The notes under the pieces were generated by a model that worked only from the letters and a program-made list of their open reading frames with translations, ran no database searches and had not been told where the DNA came from. A stretch of DNA of 64,000 bases from Marsupella aquatica (taxonomy: Eukaryota; Plantae; Marchantiophyta): the NCBI GenBank assembly GCA_973895155.1, contig OZ316895.1:15816816-15880815 (forward strand). Direction: 5' to 3'. The translations under genes were made by a program, and so were the position numbers. Positions 62,860 to 64,000 of the stretch are shown here, piece by piece (within the stretch, counting starts at the first letter, position 1; every line of letters begins with the position of its first letter).

Positions 62860-64000
62860 TCAGTCAATCTCGTCTTCGTACGGCTCATCGTCAATCCCAC
62901 CATGAAGAGTTCTCAAATGATCATAGCAAGCAGTGGGATCTGCAAATGTTGACAAGCACACCCAGCAGACATGCTTTCCACATTTGCATGTCATGTGATT
63001 GCAACCATCGATCTTTTCAATAACACTGAAACAGCCTGGACAGTTTTTGACATGCTTCTCTTTCCCCTTCCTCCACGCATGCAGAGAAGCATCTGGATCT
63101 AACTTGAATTGGAGATACTCTTCACAGGAGAGATCCTCATGGTATTCGACATGGCAGGCTGTGCATAACTGGACGGAACAAACTGCACAAGTGAAAGAGT
63201 GCCCTGGAGCAGGGGAGATCCGGTATACATTGGGACAATCAGGAGTGGTGCAGAATCTATACTTTCCATGGCTTTGAGCCACAAAGGCACTGAGAGACGC
63301 GTTTTGCAGCTCCTGCTGCTGCTCCTCCGTGAGGAGCACACGAATGTCGGTTAGTTGGAAGATCTGGTGACATCCGTTATGGGCACAAGTGAGAGGAAAC
63401 CCGTCTCGGTGCCGAATAGCAGAGTTGATCTGGTCAATGAGGCATGACCGGCAAAATCCATGGCCGCAGCCCTCCAAACAGTGCTGATCTTCCATTGGAC
63501 AGAAGCAGATTGAGCACTCGTCAGCGGGAGCTAGTCCTCCATTCCAATGTTCAGGGCCGTCCTCCCGACTTGATGCCGTACCATTTTGGCCTAACAATCG
63601 AGCAACGTCTGCAACAGCTACCTGCACTTTCATCACTGCATCTATGTCCCCACCGTCCACTAAGAGCAAGTGATCACGATGGTCAATATTTATATTTACA
63701 CCAACACCAGCTAACTCTCGGAGCCCCAAGAGATCAGGACCATACAGCTTCACAATCTCTCTCATCAAGCCAGATGGAAGGCCCTCACCTCGCAGACTAA
63801 CTTGCCTGCACTTTATCTCAGAATGGAGTTTCGCCAGTCCAGACAGAAGCTCCTCCAGCGCAATTGATTTCTTGTCCTTGGATCCATATACTTTGGCTAC
63901 TTGTGTCCTTTTGTCACACATCACAAGCGTTTTCGTCTTCGCCTCCACTGCTTTGGTCAACTGTGCACCTTTCTTTGTCCATAGGAGCCGGATGCAAGAT
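62860..64000 (-). CDS. C-terminal RING-IBR-RING (RBR) E3 ligase region, probably a DEAH11/12-like helicase-RBR fusion; 5' part lies beyond the window
   Basis: RING1 CSICFC...CGHGFCRSC, IBR CTTPDC...CAVC...CTACHVEYHEDLSC, RING2 CPGC...KIDGCNHMTCKCGKHVCWVC, and tail CYDHLRTLHGG. The upstream LMREIVKLYGPDL segment resembles plant DEAH11/12. Confidence 0.85.
   Translation of the reverse strand, partial: SCIRLLWTKKGAQLTKAVEAKTKTLVMCDKRTQVAKVYGSKDKKSIALEELLSGLAKLHSEIKCRQVSLRGEGLPSGLMREIVKLYGPDLLGLRELAGVGVNINIDHRDHLLLVDGGDIDAVMKVQVAVADVARLLGQNGTASSREDGPEHWNGGLAPADECSICFCPMEDQHCLEGCGHGFCRSCLIDQINSAIRHRDGFPLTCAHNGCHQIFQLTDIRVLLTEEQQQELQNASLSAFVAQSHGKYRFCTTPDCPNVYRISPAPGHSFTCAVCSVQLCTACHVEYHEDLSCEEYLQFKLDPDASLHAWRKGKEKHVKNCPGCFSVIEKIDGCNHMTCKCGKHVCWVCLSTFADPTACYDHLRTLHGGIDDEPYEDEID

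Overview
Eukaryotic, intron-containing land-plant DNA; gene and intron style suggests a bryophyte or liverwort (inference only). In order: the 3' exons of a divergent catalase whose 7.8-kb intron holds a complete but mutated antisense Ty1/copia retrotransposon (Bianca-like, short LTRs, 5-bp TSD, half-tRNA-Ile PBS); a BAG6/CIP73-like ubiquitin-like-domain gene with a U12 intron, a duplicated stop-containing splice acceptor and an in-frame TAA at the start of its last exon; a repeat-rich accessory island carrying an intronless DUF3253-like gene of possible microbial origin; convergent MCCB and DODA/LigB genes; a decayed interval with a truncated F-box ORF and a CYP71-clan P450 pseudogene; gamma-tubulin with a 41-bp palindromic tandem array upstream; and the 3' end of an RBR E3-ligase-domain gene (DEAH11/12-like) running off the window. 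No CRISPR array, rRNA or intact tRNA was found. I found no clear multi-gene novel system; the best candidates are the DUF3253 island and the BAG6 anomalies. All exon boundaries were read by hand.
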